Positions 49,423 to 63,145 of a DNA stretch of 64,000 bases are shown here, in pieces. A program made the translations under genes and the position numbers. Below the pieces are notes generated by a model. It searched no databases. It saw only the letters and a program-made list of their open reading frames with translations, and had not been told where the DNA came from. The DNA is from Octopus vulgaris (taxonomy: Eukaryota): contig OX597815.1 of NCBI GenBank assembly GCA_951406725.2, forward strand, positions 48,050,001 through 48,114,000. The letters run 5' to 3'. The stretch's first letter is position 1. Each line of letters starts with the position of its first letter.

Positions 49423-49666
49423 GTATAGTTGGTGAGAAGTAACAACATTTAGTCCTGAGAATAAAACAGGGCCTTTGTTTTGTTTAACAGAAAATGCCTT
49501 CAAACATACACCACAATCGGTGTGGTAGCAATGTACATCTGGACTAGACCATTAAGAGTCATAACTTTGTACAGTTGGTGAAGGAAAACAACATTTAGCT
49601 ATAGAAATCAAATAGGGCCTTTGTTTTGTTTAACTGAAAATGCCTTCAAACACACATCACAATTGG
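49423..49666 (+). repeat. ~98-bp direct repeat pair with a 48-bp spacer
   Basis: 49423-49520 and 49569-49666 share agggcctttgttttgtttaac.gaaaatgccttcaaaca. Confidence 0.85.
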
Positions 49667-50767
49667 ACAAAACAATCTGGATCATCCGACTCAAACAACA
49701 CAACACTGGAAGAATAGAATTGAAATGATAACAGTAATGATGATGATGATGATTAAGTTTGGAGATTTTAGTGTCTTTTTGTTAAACTAAATGACCTTAG
49801 AAAGACTCTGTGAAGCATGACAGTGTAACCATACCAAATTAGAAAAATAAGGGACACCAGTATGTTAAAAAAAATATTTGTTCATATGACTCTATATTGT
49901 GTTTGGCGATAATGTAACTCCTGCCTGATTACAGCCAGAATGACCAGCAAGACAGGATATGGTCAAATAAACATTTTCAAACAAAATGCTAATAATCTGT
50001 TTGAATAATCTATAATGATAATAATGATAATAATAATTTTATTATCATTGTTGCTGTTGTTTTTCTTTTCTTTTTTGTTTTTAAATATTTTTCCACTCTG
50101 ATTTTTGAACAAACTGTTGTACTTAAATATTGTCATCAAAGACCTTTTCTTTTAGTTTCCAAAGCTACATACTAAGTTGCAGACACCACCACCAGTATAT
50201 CCACACCCACCACCACTACCACTACTATTACTGCTACAATAACAAATTAAAAAAGAAAAGAAAAGAAGAAAACAAACACTGCCAAAAGCCATTGTACAAC
50301 AAGGACAAGAAACAAAAATATTTGCTAATCTGGAAAGTCAAACAATTATGTGTGTCACTATTTTTGGTTGTGCTTTGTTTTTGAGCACAAATAAACTTTT
50401 AATAAAACCAATATTGACTCATCGGCACAATTAGGGTATCTTATGGCTTTATATTCTGGAGTTTTTCCTATCCAGAACGGAAGAGTAAAGAGAGTACTAG
50501 GAAAAGCAGAAGTAAGGGAATGGCATTAGAGAAAAAAAAATCAGAATTAAACCCCCCTTTTTTTTTTATTGCACTATAAACAAGTGGGTGAAAAAAATGT
50601 GTCAAATGAAACAAAGTTTGTTTGTTTAGAAGGGAACAAAAAAATCTCCCACCAAAAATGAAAAAAAAAACAAATAAAAAATAAATATAACAAAATATTG
50701 AACACAGATCAAGTGTGGCCAATTAAAACAGGAAAGAGCTAAAACTTTAATGGAAAGAATGAGGAGA

Positions 50768-51360
50768 GTAATAATAATAATAATAATAATAATGATAATA
50801 ATAATAATAACAACAACAACAATAACAATAATAATAATAACAATAATAATAATAATAATGATGATGATAAAACAGCAAAAAAATTATATATAAATAAAAA
50901 AAAAGGAATTTTACAATGATGAGCATTGTTACTTTTGTGACATCAGAAATGGATGTTTGGTGGGGCAGAAAAGTCCTGAAAGCATGTTTCTTATATTATG
51001 ATTGGAGTGGGCAGTAATATTGGTCTAGAAATTGAGGAAGAGGAGGAATAGAAGCACCAAACTGATGCACATAACTAAACTAATATCGAGAACCACCATA
51101 ACCATTTAGGCAGTACTCAATAACCTAAATGAAACATCATCATGAGCATGATCATGATCATTATTATCAACAACAACAGTAGCAGCAGCAGCAGTAACAA
51201 TAAACAGTGACTTTGAAACAGTCCTAATATGCAACTGACAGAACAGTAAACATCTCTAAAAAATATCAACCATATTTGGCATTTAGAAAATATTTCTAAG
51301 TTCCAATACCTCAGCAATATTGAACTGAACATTATTTTTTTTTCTCATAATGATTTCTTT

Positions 51361-51425
<65 letters not shown>

Positions 51426-51475
51426 TAATAATAATAGTTATTAATATTATTATTATTATTATTGTAAAAGAAATC
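50768..51475. repeat. (AAT)n/(AAC)n microsatellites at 50768-50870 and 51361-51475
   Basis: Visible directly. Confidence 0.85.
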
Positions 51476-51638
51476 ATTATTGTTATTCTAAATATTTCCA
51501 TCATAATTCTAGAGATAATGTTTTATTTTGGCTTGTCAAAACATAGGCCAGCATTGCCTTTTACATTGCCAAGGGTGAGAAAACAAGTTTTTACAGTGAT
51601 ATTAAGACAGTATCTTTTGTCTCTGAACCAACTCTTAC

Positions 51639-51647
51639 CCGTTTGAA
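51639..51647 (-). other. Candidate 9-nt micro-exon (TTCAAACGG)
   Basis: Minus long pyrimidine tract ttttcattttctatggctttctctgaactttttcccattgttaccag|TTCAAACGG|gtaaga. Confidence 0.35.
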
Positions 51648-51818
51648 CTGGTAACAATGGGAAAAAGTTCAGAGAAAGCCATAGAAAATGAAAATGAGAT
51701 TCGGAGGGAAAAACATAAAGATGAATACGAGATAAATAAGAATTCACTTTTGTACAGTAGATGAGCAGAAGGAAAACATAAATTGACATGGATACAGAAC
51801 TTGCATGGGTGTAGTGTT

Positions 51819-51853
<35 letters not shown>

Positions 51854-52049
51854 CAAAGAAAAAAGTGACAAAAACAAAAAAAGAAAACAAACTTCCAAAA
51901 ATCATGCAATAATTCCTAATATGAAATTCTAAACAATTATCATAGTAAATAATATTTTCAACAAATATTAGTACGAGAATTTTCTGTATGCATAAATCTC
52001 TCACCCCATGTTATTTCTCATCCATCTTGATTTTATTCGGCTATCTGCC

Positions 52050-52081
<32 letters not shown>

Positions 52082-52579
52082 TGCATCCTAAGTCATCACT
52101 TCCTTAGATTAAAACATAGATTAAGTAAATAGATATTAAAAAAAAGCAGCAGCAGCAAAAATCAAAGCTAAAAAAAAAACAACACTGAAAAAGAAAACCC
52201 TCAAAAACCCCCTAAAAAACCCATGGAACCTTTCCACTAAAAAAGCCACGAATTCTAAGCCTACCAGCATGACTCTGGGATCCCCAGTGGTTTTTTTCTA
52301 GAGTAGCAATGAATACTAGAGAACTCTTTTGATGCAAGTTTGGAAGAAGGAAACCTGCAGCTCTAAACATCTTGTTTGCTGCTTTGCTTGACTCAGAAAA
52401 TGCCTCCCATCACCCATAACCATTACAATAAACAACACACTTTAGATGCCACGAATCACACTTGGCACTGCTTGCTTTCCCCTTATATCAACACAGAATC
52501 TCAGTTTGTCAGAGCTAGCGCATATGAACACAGAATCATTGTCGTCTGTTATTTTCTCAGTATATAGCTAAAATTATTT

Positions 52580-52615
<36 letters not shown>

Positions 52616-52691
52616 TATATATATATATCACCTTCTCTAAATGCGGTCTTTCCACTCCGCTCTCTCTCTCAGTATACATACACAAATATAT

Positions 52692-52727
<36 letters not shown>

Positions 52728-52986
52728 CATATATATATACATACATATATATACACATATATATATACATATACACATATATAAATACATATACATATAT
52801 ATAAATACATATACATATATATAAATACATATACATATATAAATACATATACATATATATAAATACATATACATATATATACATACATATATATACACAT
52901 ACATATATACATACAAATACATATATATATACATATACATATATATATACATATACATATATATATACATATACATATATATATAC

Positions 52987-53049
<63 letters not shown>

Positions 53050-53055
53050 TGTATG

Positions 53056-53086
<31 letters not shown>

Positions 53087-53137
53087 ATATATGTATATAT
53101 ATATGTATGTATATATATATGTATGTATATATATATG

Positions 53138-53213
<76 letters not shown>

Positions 53214-53306
53214 TATATACATATATATATATACATATATATACATATATATATATACATATATATATATACACATATATATATATATACATATATATAT
53301 ATACAT
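52580..53306. repeat. Long compound (TA)/(TACA) microsatellite
   Basis: Visible directly; explains the 200-280 aa YI-rich ORFs. Confidence 0.95.
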
Positions 53307-53307
53307 A

Positions 53308-53712
53308 GGTGCAGGAGTGGCTGTGTGGTAAGTAGCTTGTTTACCAACCACATGTTTCCGGGTTCAGTCCCACTGCATGGTACCTTGGGCAAGTGTCTTC
53401 TACTATAGCCTCGGGCCGACCAAATCCTTGTGAGTGGATTTGGTAGACGGAAACTGAAAGAAGCCCATCGTATATATGTATATATGTGTGTGCGTGTGTG
53501 TTTGTGTGAGTGTGTTTGTCCCCCTAGCATTGCTTGACAACCGATGCTAGTGTGTTTATGTTCCCGTTACTTAGCGGTTCTGCAAAAGAGGCCGATAGAA
53601 TAAGTACTGGGCTTACAAAAGAATAAGTCCCGGGGTTGAGTTGCTCGATTAAAGGCGGTGCTCCATCATGGCCGCAGTCAAATGACTGAAACAAGTAAAA
53701 GAGTAAAAGAGT
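53308..53712 (+). mobile_element. SINE family A, full length, young
   Basis: CpG-intact copy ending gtaaaagagtaaaagagt. Confidence 0.92.
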
Positions 53713-54486
53713 ATATATATATACATATATATACATATACATATATATATACATATACATATATATATATACATATATATATATGTGTGTGTGTGTGCGT
53801 ATATTTGTGTGTGTATATATATATAGTCAGATATACACATAAATTCAAACCTGTGAATCACTTACATATGTAAATATGTACATATACATATGTATAAAAA
53901 CATATGCATAGACATACATATATACATAAGTACACAAATACAAGTGTGCATGTATGAGTATGTATGTATGTATGTATGTATGTATTTATGTATGCATGTG
54001 CACAAATGAATATATTTGCATGCTAACATTCTTTAAGTTCTCTCATATTTTAATTTTCCTTGTACAGATTTCTCCTTTTTACTTCTCTTTTCATCTGATT
54101 TTATTTTTCTATGTTGTTGCCATCACTGCCACAGCTCTTACTTTCATTACTACTATCTCCATCACCACTTCCACTTCCACAACCCTCACAACATATTTTA
54201 TTTATTTATATCATAATTATGTCTTACATTTTTCATATTTTCCATTGAGAAAAAGACAATAAAAACCAAAGAAACCAAACCAAAGATTAATGTGTCAGGT
54301 TGCAAAAAAGACGGGGAGAAGGTTGAGGGAATGGATAAGGCACAATTAGAAGGTGGTGGTCTAGAGACAACTAGAGCTGGAACCAGGGCTAGGGCTGGGG
54401 CATAAGCTTGGGTAGAGGGAGGTGAGATTGGAGTGGAAACGATTGGGAAAAAAAAAAAACCTGCCTTTGATTGTCCCCTCCCTTAC

Positions 54487-54543
54487 CATATGCTTTGATG
54501 TGCTTTGATTTTTCTGGAAATTTCCGCAAAGCAATTACATCAA
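54487..54543 (-). other. Candidate 57-nt phase 1-1 exon (DVIALRKFPEKSKHIKAY)
   Basis: Minus taatttttaccag|...ATG|gtaagg; frame-preserving and open in phase 1. Confidence 0.35.
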
Positions 54544-54716
54544 CTGGTAAAAATTAATTTGTGACAGCTTCTCAAAATAAAATTAAAAAAAAGAGAGAGA
54601 AAAAAAATAATAATAAAAACACTTTCTGATTTTTCTGATAATCACAAAGAAAGGAGAGAAGTTAGCATTCTGAATATCACTACATTACAGAAGTAGCATT
54701 CCAAGATTCTCCCCAC

Positions 54717-54755
<39 letters not shown>

Positions 54756-54882
54756 CATCATTATTATTATTAGCCAAACTATAATTCATATTATTGTTAT
54801 TCTCTTAACTTTTAATTCTTCTTTACTATCATAAGCAGCTGAAGTCAGATTATAATTATTATTATTATCATTATTATTATTA

Positions 54883-54914
<32 letters not shown>

Positions 54915-55484
54915 CGTAGTCAACATCATATTATCATCCTCATATGCCCCACCCCCATCCCATTTTCTGTTCTCTCTTTTGTGGCAGTCATCAGGCAGGC
55001 ATGGCACATTAGAGATGTAAAGAAATAAACATTTAGTATACAAACCTTTACTCAAATTTAACCTATTTGACAATGAGCCATAACAACAAGAACAACACAT
55101 TATCATCATCAACATTCCCTAACCCCTCACAACCACCGATTCAAAGAGAGAAATACATATATATTCTTTCTGTATGATACAGCAAGCAGATAAGTAGGAA
55201 CCTTTATCCAGTTGCTCAGCCTGTTAGAAATAGCAACCAAATCTCCTTCAAATCACAATCCAACCTTCTTAAAAAATAATTTAAAGGTAATAACAACAAT
55301 AATGGTTCTAACAAAAATTAATTGAATCAGTTAAGCATGTAAAAGGTATTCTCTTTTTTTCACACTGGCAAGGTGAAAGGCAAAAGTGAAATCAGGAACT
55401 CTGAATTCAGACAGTTGAAATAAAACATGACTGTCAGTCACACCTTGTAAATATCAATAAATATTCGTACCATGACAGAACATA

Positions 55485-55800
55485 GGAATGGCAGCATGTT
55501 TAAGAAGTTTGCTTCCTAATCCTCACTAAAAGAAGCCTGTTGGATGTATGTGTGTGTGTGTGTGTGTTTGAGTGTACCTTTGTCATGATATCACATGATG
55601 GTTGTGTACAAGCACCCCTGACATACAAGTGATGTCATTTGTTTCCAGTCTGTTGTAAACAATGTCTAGCTTATGGAAAAATATTACCTTGCTTGGAGAT
55701 AGGTGAGAGTTGATGGTAGGAAGGACAACTGGGGGTAGAAAATCTGCCTCAACAAATTCTGTCTGACCCATGCAAGCATGGAGAAGCAAATGTTATACAT
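55485..55800 (+). mobile_element. SINE with deleted family A head and family F tail
   Basis: taagaagtttgcttcc...(TG)n...tattaccttgcttgg...aatctgcctc...catgcaagcatgga. Confidence 0.7.
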
Positions 55801-55965
55801 ACATACATTCATATAGTTTATAGTTCCAATGTAAGTAGAATAAAAAAAAAATACTTCATCAAGTGGAGATACATGGAGCATTTTATAAATATGTCTAATC
55901 AAAGTATCATAAAAGCATGAAATTATTAGTAGCTCTTATGGTTGTGAATTAAATTGATATATATA

Positions 55966-56350
55966 TCTTTATATATAAAAAGTCAAGTTGTGTGTCTGTT
56001 TCCTACGATTTAGATTCCTAACTACTCCCACATTTTGCGGTGCAGTTTAACCAAAACCGGGTATCTTATAGTCGTGATTCATATCGAGCCCTTCTGGGTA
56101 TTAGTGCGTGTCTACGATGAGTCTACGATTTAAAAAAAATTTACCATCATTTTTTCCATTTTAATGCATTTTTTCGCTATTATATAAGGGAAGTAACTCT
56201 CTAAAAATGTCTACGATGAGTCAACGATTTAAAAAAAAATTTACCATAATTTTTTTCCATTTTTAATGCATTTTTTGGCTATAACTCTCTAAAAATGCTT
56301 ATATAGTTATTTCACTTACAAACCCGAGCAACGCCGGGCGATACTGCTAG
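55966..56350 (+). mobile_element. Non-autonomous Helitron with an internal ~100-bp-period duplication
   Basis: A|TCTTTATATATAAAAAG...cccgagcaacgccggg hairpin-cgatactg-CTAG|T; gtctacgatgagtc...tgcatttttt repeated at 56110 and 56209. Confidence 0.85.
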
Positions 56351-56419
56351 TATATATATAAATATATATATATACACACACATACATGTGTGTATATATA
56401 CATACATTATGTGGAACTA

Positions 56420-56590
56420 TTAATCTCCACACATTTTTAGCTCTCCATTTTTACCTCTCAATCCTTTCTGTCAAAAAGTATAGACTCAAAACATCTAAGT
56501 CTTTTCCATTTTTCCCAGGCATCAAACTAATACACCTGTTTGTTTTTCCTTCACCTGTCTTCATCTTTTGTTTCCTGCAAATTTGAACTA
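56420..56590 (+). mobile_element. Penelope-like 3' remnant (same family as 30900-31075), hammerhead decayed
   Basis: cctttctgtcaaaaagtatagactcaaaacat...catcaaactaatacacctgtttg...aatttgaacta. Confidence 0.55.
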
Positions 56591-56608
56591 CACACACACA
56601 CACACACA

Positions 56609-56900
56609 CAGTGGCAGACTGGGTCTAAAAATATTGGTTGCCAGGAGACTAAGGGGGCTCACCCGCAACTACAATGCTATCATTTATTTATTTTTGCTCG
56701 TTAACCGTATTCTTTTCAACTGTCTACAAACACAGCCAGGCTGAAATAATTAATGAATTCTTCCAGGAGTGAATAAAAAATTCTCAAACTTGAGGGGATG
56801 GGCCCCTTAGATACTAACATGGACCTCCATATATGAATTCTAATGGCACAGGGACCCACTTGCCATCAGGCAAGCTGGCAACCTGGCCAGTCTGCCACTG
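56609..56900. mobile_element. hAT-like MITE
   Basis: 14-bp perfect TIRs CAGTGGCAGACTGG / CCAGTCTGCCACTG; 8-bp TSD cacacaca. Confidence 0.85.
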
Positions 56901-56929
56901 CACACACATGCACACATATCATTCCATCG

Positions 56930-57250
56930 TCTCTGCCCGCTATTACTGATGGAGTTCTCAGTTAGTGTCCTATCAAAAGCAACCATCATTAGACTTTCTG
57001 GCTGAATTCCAAAGCTTGACCAACTGAGACAATGGATATCATCCAACCATCTCATTCTAGGTGTACCCCTACGTTTCCTGCTGGCTGGCTTGACTTGAAG
57101 AATCTGTTGCAAGTCTTCCTTGCGATATTCTAATAACATGCCCAATGCGGTGAAGCAGCCGCTTGAGCTGGAGAGTTACCCCAATCTCTGAACTATGCAC
57201 CCTCTTGTGTAATGTTACTCCAGAAACCCTTTGGAGGGGCCCCATTTTGA
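56930..57250 (-). mobile_element. RTE-like LINE 3' fragment
   Basis: LQRVSGVTLHKRVHSSEI...GHVIRI and ILQVKPASRKRRGTPRMRWLDDI..LSWS..GIQP. Confidence 0.8.
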
Positions 57251-57854
57251 CCATTTCTATTCACAATATTCTTTTGGTCATTACCTAACATTTGCGAACA
57301 CCAATGCATACAAGTGAAGTCTAATGGGAAGACCTCTCAGAAAACTTACTACTACCCAGAATGAGAACCATGTGGAATTTGGGTGGCACACTTAATCCTG
57401 TGCACCTTAGTTTACCTACCTGTCACAAACAAATAACAAGTTTCTTTTTGCTTTAACCTGAGATTGATGGTTGTTCTGTCATAGAAAAGATTTATCTTTT
57501 ATGAACCTCACATCAAGAAGCCAGAGCTAAGAACTAGACCATAAGACGCATAGGTCTTTTGAGAGACATATGTATCGGTATAATTGCTATCAATGGTGGA
57601 GATTACAATGTTTAGAAACAATTAAAATATAAATTTTTTTTTTAAATCAATAAAAATAAAAATAAGTCGAACTCTAAGACTATTGAAGATTCTTTAAAAT
57701 ATATAAAAATAGAAAACCATAAAATGCAAATAAATATTTCACAAGAAAACTAAAAGTATAGAATTTTTAAAACAAGTCTAGTGTTCAATGGAAACAGAAA
57801 CAGTGCAATAATAATAACAACAACAACAACAATAATAATAAGAATAATAGAAGA

Positions 57855-58450
57855 ATGGTTTCAAATTTTGGCACAAGGCTAGTAGGTTTATGGAAGGAAG
57901 CTAAGTCAATTAGATTACCTCCAGTGCTCAACTGGTACTTATTTTATTGATCCCAAGAGGATAATAGCCAAAGTCAACCTGAGTGGAATTTGAACTCAGA
58001 ACATAAAGAAGAATGTTCCAATTGTTCCATCAATGGAACTACCTGCTCATTGAATTACAGTGTAAGTCATCAAATATTAGACAGATGCTTGTACACTTAA
58101 TGTAGACCCCAGGCAGAATCTGCTAACAAGACTTAATTTTTGAGTTACTGGTACAATTCAACTGACAATTTTCATATAGTTTCCTTCATTCCAATTTCAC
58201 TTCCAAAGCTTATGTTGACCCAAGGCTTTAGTAGAAGATATTTGACAAAGGTACCATGCAGTGTGTTCAAACACACAAACTCATGATTAAAGTGGGGGAA
58301 TTGCAGAATCAGGAGAGCAATGAGCAAGACACCTTGTGGTATTTCTTTCAGCTCTTAACATTCTGAGTTCAAATCCTGCCAAGGTCAACTTTGCTGTTTG
58401 TCCACTTGGGGGTAGATAAAATATAGTACCAGTCAAGAACTGGAATTGAA
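57855..58450. mobile_element. Cluster of SINE fragments: B(-) 57855-58010, D-like 58020-58150, A(-) 58180-58290, B(+) 58290-58450
   Basis: Family motifs as above, degenerate. Confidence 0.6.
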
Positions 58451-58577
58451 GTAAAAATTGCCAGACATGCGCAAAAATTCGAAACACATTAGGAAGAAAA
58501 TGTCTAATGCATTTGGTCATGCTTGCCCCTCTGAATGTGCAAATTCATAAGCATACAAATGCAGACACACATATACT

Positions 58578-58895
58578 GGCACTACATCAATTATGATGAC
58601 AAGGGTTCCAGTTGATCCGATCAACAGAACAGCCTTCTTGTGAAATTAATAAACAAGTAGCCGAACACTCTACAGACACATGTAACCATAATGTGGTTGT
58701 CAGGGAGATTCGGTGTGACACAGAATGTAACAGGGCTGGCCCTTTGAATAACAGGTACAACTCATTTTTGCCAGCTGAGTGGACTGGAGCAATGTGAAAT
58801 AAAGTGTCTTGCTCAGACACAATGTGCCACCAGAAATTGAACTCATGACCTTATGATTGCAAACTTATGATCCTAACCACTAAACCATGCATCTT
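58578..58895 (-). mobile_element. SINE family D, full length
   Basis: Colinear with 19572-19885. Confidence 0.85.
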
Positions 58896-59719
58896 CACAC
58901 AGATACACATATACAAATGTGTAAATGCTACCAACTCTTTCAAATACAGAAATATGCACCTTAAGATAAACATCTGTGTATATCATTATGCACATAGAAG
59001 AGAACATATGTATGCAAATACATGGTTACTAGAAATGCACCTGTATGAACAGGTGGTAGGATGTATAATGCATGTATAATGAAATGTATAAATGCATGCA
59101 AACACAGAAATATGAGGGTGATCCCACTCACGCACACACATTCACACACAGATACATATGAACATCAAGATATGCAATACTTACAAAGTTATATGATGTC
59201 TAAGGTTGACTGAATCAATGCGGTGTTTACTAATAATCTCATTCAGTTTTGTGAATTCAGCTTTAAGGGATCTGAAATTAAATCATAAATCCACAGTCAA
59301 ATACAAATATATATAAATAAATTTAGTCTTCAGAACTGACATGCATTAAGGACAAAAGAGTCTGTCTGGAGACACCAGGACAGCTTTAGATATCGTCGTA
59401 GGCGTTATCAGCACAGTAGTTGTTTTACTCTGACTCAAGCAGATGAAATACTTATACATGTAAAAAGCATAGAGAACATTAAAAGCTCAGGATAATTTGC
59501 AGAATTAAAACGAAAATGAGCAAAGAAAAATAGCTCAGAGTTACCATTGCTATGGATTTGAACAACACAAACAAATAAAGGCATGTTAAACACCATACAA
59601 AAGAAATTCTTAATTTATTGAAGTTATTTCCAGTCCTGGAGAAGGCAAAACGACACTTTGTAGCAATTGGATTTGACTGAAATGAGAAGGGGAGGTAACC
59701 TCAAAAATTAATTGGGATC

Positions 59720-60390
59720 ATCATCAACATCATTTAATGTCTGTTTTCAATGTTGGCATGGGTTGGACAGTTTGACAGGAGCTGATCAGCTGAAGGGCTA
59801 TTCAGGCTCCATGTCTGTTTTGGCATGATTTCTATGGCTGGACACCCTTCCTAATGCCAACAGATAAATCAGCATGCCATTAAGGAAAAGACAATCTAAC
59901 TGGCTTGAGACAAATAGACAACAGATGTTTCTGCCTTAAAATGCATCATCAGCACAGCACAACACTTGCTCTCTCTCTCTCATACATACATACATTCATA
60001 TATATATTCACACACACAAACATATATATCTAGAGATATATATGTCATCATCATTTAATGTCTACATTTCATGCAGGCATGAATTGAATGGTTTAGTAGG
60101 AACTGATGAGTTCAAGGACCATATTGAGTTCCAGTGTCTGCTTTGGAATCGATTTAATGGCTAGATACCCTTCCTAATGCTAACCACTCAGTATGGACTG
60201 AGTGCTTTTTTCATGCTACCTGCACTGTTGAGGTCACTATCCAGTTTGCAGGACTACAAGCTCTGGGGGTTGTGGTGGTGGGTGAGGGGTCAACTTCATG
60301 TTTGGGGAGGAGGGGATTACTATGAGATAAGGGGAGGGGCAGGACAGGTTCTTGTAGAGGGACTTGCATGGTTACACACATTTGGTATAT
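59720..60390 (-). mobile_element. Two SINE family C pieces (59720-59860 and 60045-60390)
   Basis: catcatttaatgtc...gcatgggttggac...cccttcctaatgc. Confidence 0.7.
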
Positions 60391-61772
60391 GAAAAAGGAA
60401 AAAAAATGGGGAATGTCCAGCAGAGGTTACAAGGCATAGTAGGTGCAGGCTATCACAAATGAACTTTAAATCAGCGACTGATTGTTTTACAAATAACATT
60501 TCTGAAAATCCATAAATATCCAAAGAGTTTATATGATTATTCACAAGCAGGATAGAGTGAACAAATGTTATTATTGCATAAATTTACAATTGTTTCATCA
60601 ATATTTGATCTCAATCATACAGATATATTACTATTCCAGAAGTATCCTTATACTGATACAATCAAATGACAAATCTTCAGAGTAATGCATGAATTCCACT
60701 TACTACCATAATTTGTATTATCAACAAAAGGACTCACTCACTCCATTCTCCTTGGTTATGATTATATAAATTTTCTCCAACCCCACAGAAGTGGGGTCAG
60801 GGAACATTTCTGGTATAAAAATATCTACTAGCTTCAAGAATATTACTAATTAGGAGATCTGAACTTGCTGTCATACAGATACATGCACAATTATATGCCA
60901 ATAGATGAAGGCACACACATAACATAAATAAAAGAGTAATGATGAGCTGATAAATGTGTCCATTTCCCGATCATTTGATTTACTAGAAAGAGCAACTGAC
61001 AAGTCTTCTTCAATTGACAACTCCCTGTCTTAAACAGGAAGGACATGCTAAATAATGTAGTCGTCAGTAGCGTCTTTCTGGAAAAGCAACTGGAATGCAT
61101 TTGGTCAGTGGTCAGCTATACCAGAACTGACCAGTGGCAAACAACAACAACAACAACAACAGCAGCAGCAGATAAAGAAGAAGAAGAAGAAGAAGAGAAG
61201 TGACCAAAGAAAACAAAAGTAAAGCAAATGCTAATTTTTAAATCCCACCCAAAATTGTCAACAAAATAGTAAATAAAAATAAAGAATCTATCTCCTGAAT
61301 ATTCAAAAATATCATGTTGTCAAGTACCTCTAAATTACAAAAGTGGCTTCAGTGATGACTCATCATAATGCTGATGATGACAACAGACTGACATTATTGT
61401 CATCACAACACTAAAATCTTCTTTCAGAAAGATCTGACTTTGTAATTGTCACCAGACTAACGAAAACATTTCTTTTATTTTGATTTCTTTTGTTAAGGGG
61501 CGGAGATGGAGAGGGTGTGACAGTAGGTCTTGAAGACAGAGACTTTCTATTCAAGAGTCAGAGTTTGGCACTATATAACGCATGTAACTACATTGTCATA
61601 CCAAGAAAATTAGGTTCCCACCCCCAATAAAAATCTTCTCCAATTACTTTCACTTTTGTTTGTTTAGTTTCCATACATTTTTTCTTTAATCTATACCTTA
61701 TATATATATATATATACACACATACGTACACACACATATGTGTGTGTATATATGTATGTGGGTGTATATATG

Positions 61773-61829
<57 letters not shown>

Positions 61830-62569
61830 TGTTGGCCATGATGTTGACAGTGGTAGTGATTGTGTTGGTGTCTCAATACAAAAACTCAAACATTTTCCTG
61901 TTTCTGTTTTTGCCCAATTAGCAAGCTAACCGATAATATAAAGAGTTCCACCTGAGGTAGTAAATACATGTATATGTGTGAGAGAGTGAGAGAGAGAGAA
62001 TAAGAACACAAGTATGCAATTTCTATGTATGCGTACGCACACACATATATATATTCTCACAAACGCACATACACATATATGCAATGTGTGTGTTGCTGCA
62101 TTTGATTATTTCTAAGTAAAAGGTGTCCCTAATCATATTGTCCTTACTTTGTATTAATGTGTTCCCTAAAGGGCATTCCATTCATCAAATAAGAACAGCA
62201 GTACTTGACCAGTTCAGTCCCCAAATCAGGTAACCCTTTTCTTCTAGTGGGGTTCTACAAATAAAAGGGTTGCTGTACACATATATGTAACTATTAGGAA
62301 ACGACAGAGACAAGGAAAGAAAATTAGAGTGTGAGGTGAGAAGAAAAAAAAAGAGAGAGAGAGAGAGAGCATGAGAGACAGAAAGAGATAAAGAGAGTGA
62401 ATGATAAGCCAAATGATTAAACAGTATGCTCAGCTGGGAGGTTAGCCAGCTGTCTCCTGTCTCACTAAATTGGAATGTAACTGACTGACACACATAAACC
62501 CAATAACACTGACCAATGAGTAACTTACAGTATGTTAGACATGTGTGTACATCATGCAAACATTTACGC

Positions 62570-62600
<31 letters not shown>

Positions 62601-62914
62601 CACACACAGGTATGTATACATTAAGAGATACACTCGTATATGCATTCATATATACATGTGCAGAGATACACATGTTCTAAACAAGGAAGTGGCAGTATGT
62701 TATATGTTGGAACATTTTGAGTAGACTCGAGACACTGGGTTTGTTATGAAGAAAGGAACACATGAAGCTGTGAGGTTCAAGTCTGTAACTAGAGAGCATA
62801 AGCTAAATGAAAATGACTTTCAGCAGAAACTGAAGCTGTTTCATACATGTAGCTTTCCTATGACCTCACCACCAACTATGCAGTCTTATATATGTTATTG
62901 TAGATGTTTGCAGG

Positions 62915-63145
62915 TACATGGCTCAGTGGTTAGGATATTCTGCTCATGATCGTAAAGTCATGAATTCAATTACTAGCGGTATGTTGTGTCCTTGCGCAAG
63001 ACACTTTATTTCATGTTGCTTCACTTCACTCAGCTGGCAAAAATGTCAAAGAGCCAGCCTTGTCACATTTTATGCTGCACTGAATCTCTCTGAGAACTAT
63101 GTTAAGGGTACATGTGTCTGAAAAGTGATCAGCCACTTGCACTTT
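62915..63145 (+). mobile_element. SINE family D
   Basis: tggctcagtggttaggatattc...gaattcaatt...tgtccttgcgcaagacactttatttc. Confidence 0.8.

Noticed and set aside
52557-53530. Long 207-279 aa ORFs, and similar ones at 27383-28002, 29208-29980 and 32365-33588
   Set aside because: Tyr/Ile/His/Thr runs open in several frames because (TA)n/(CA)n arrays lack stop codons; not genes.
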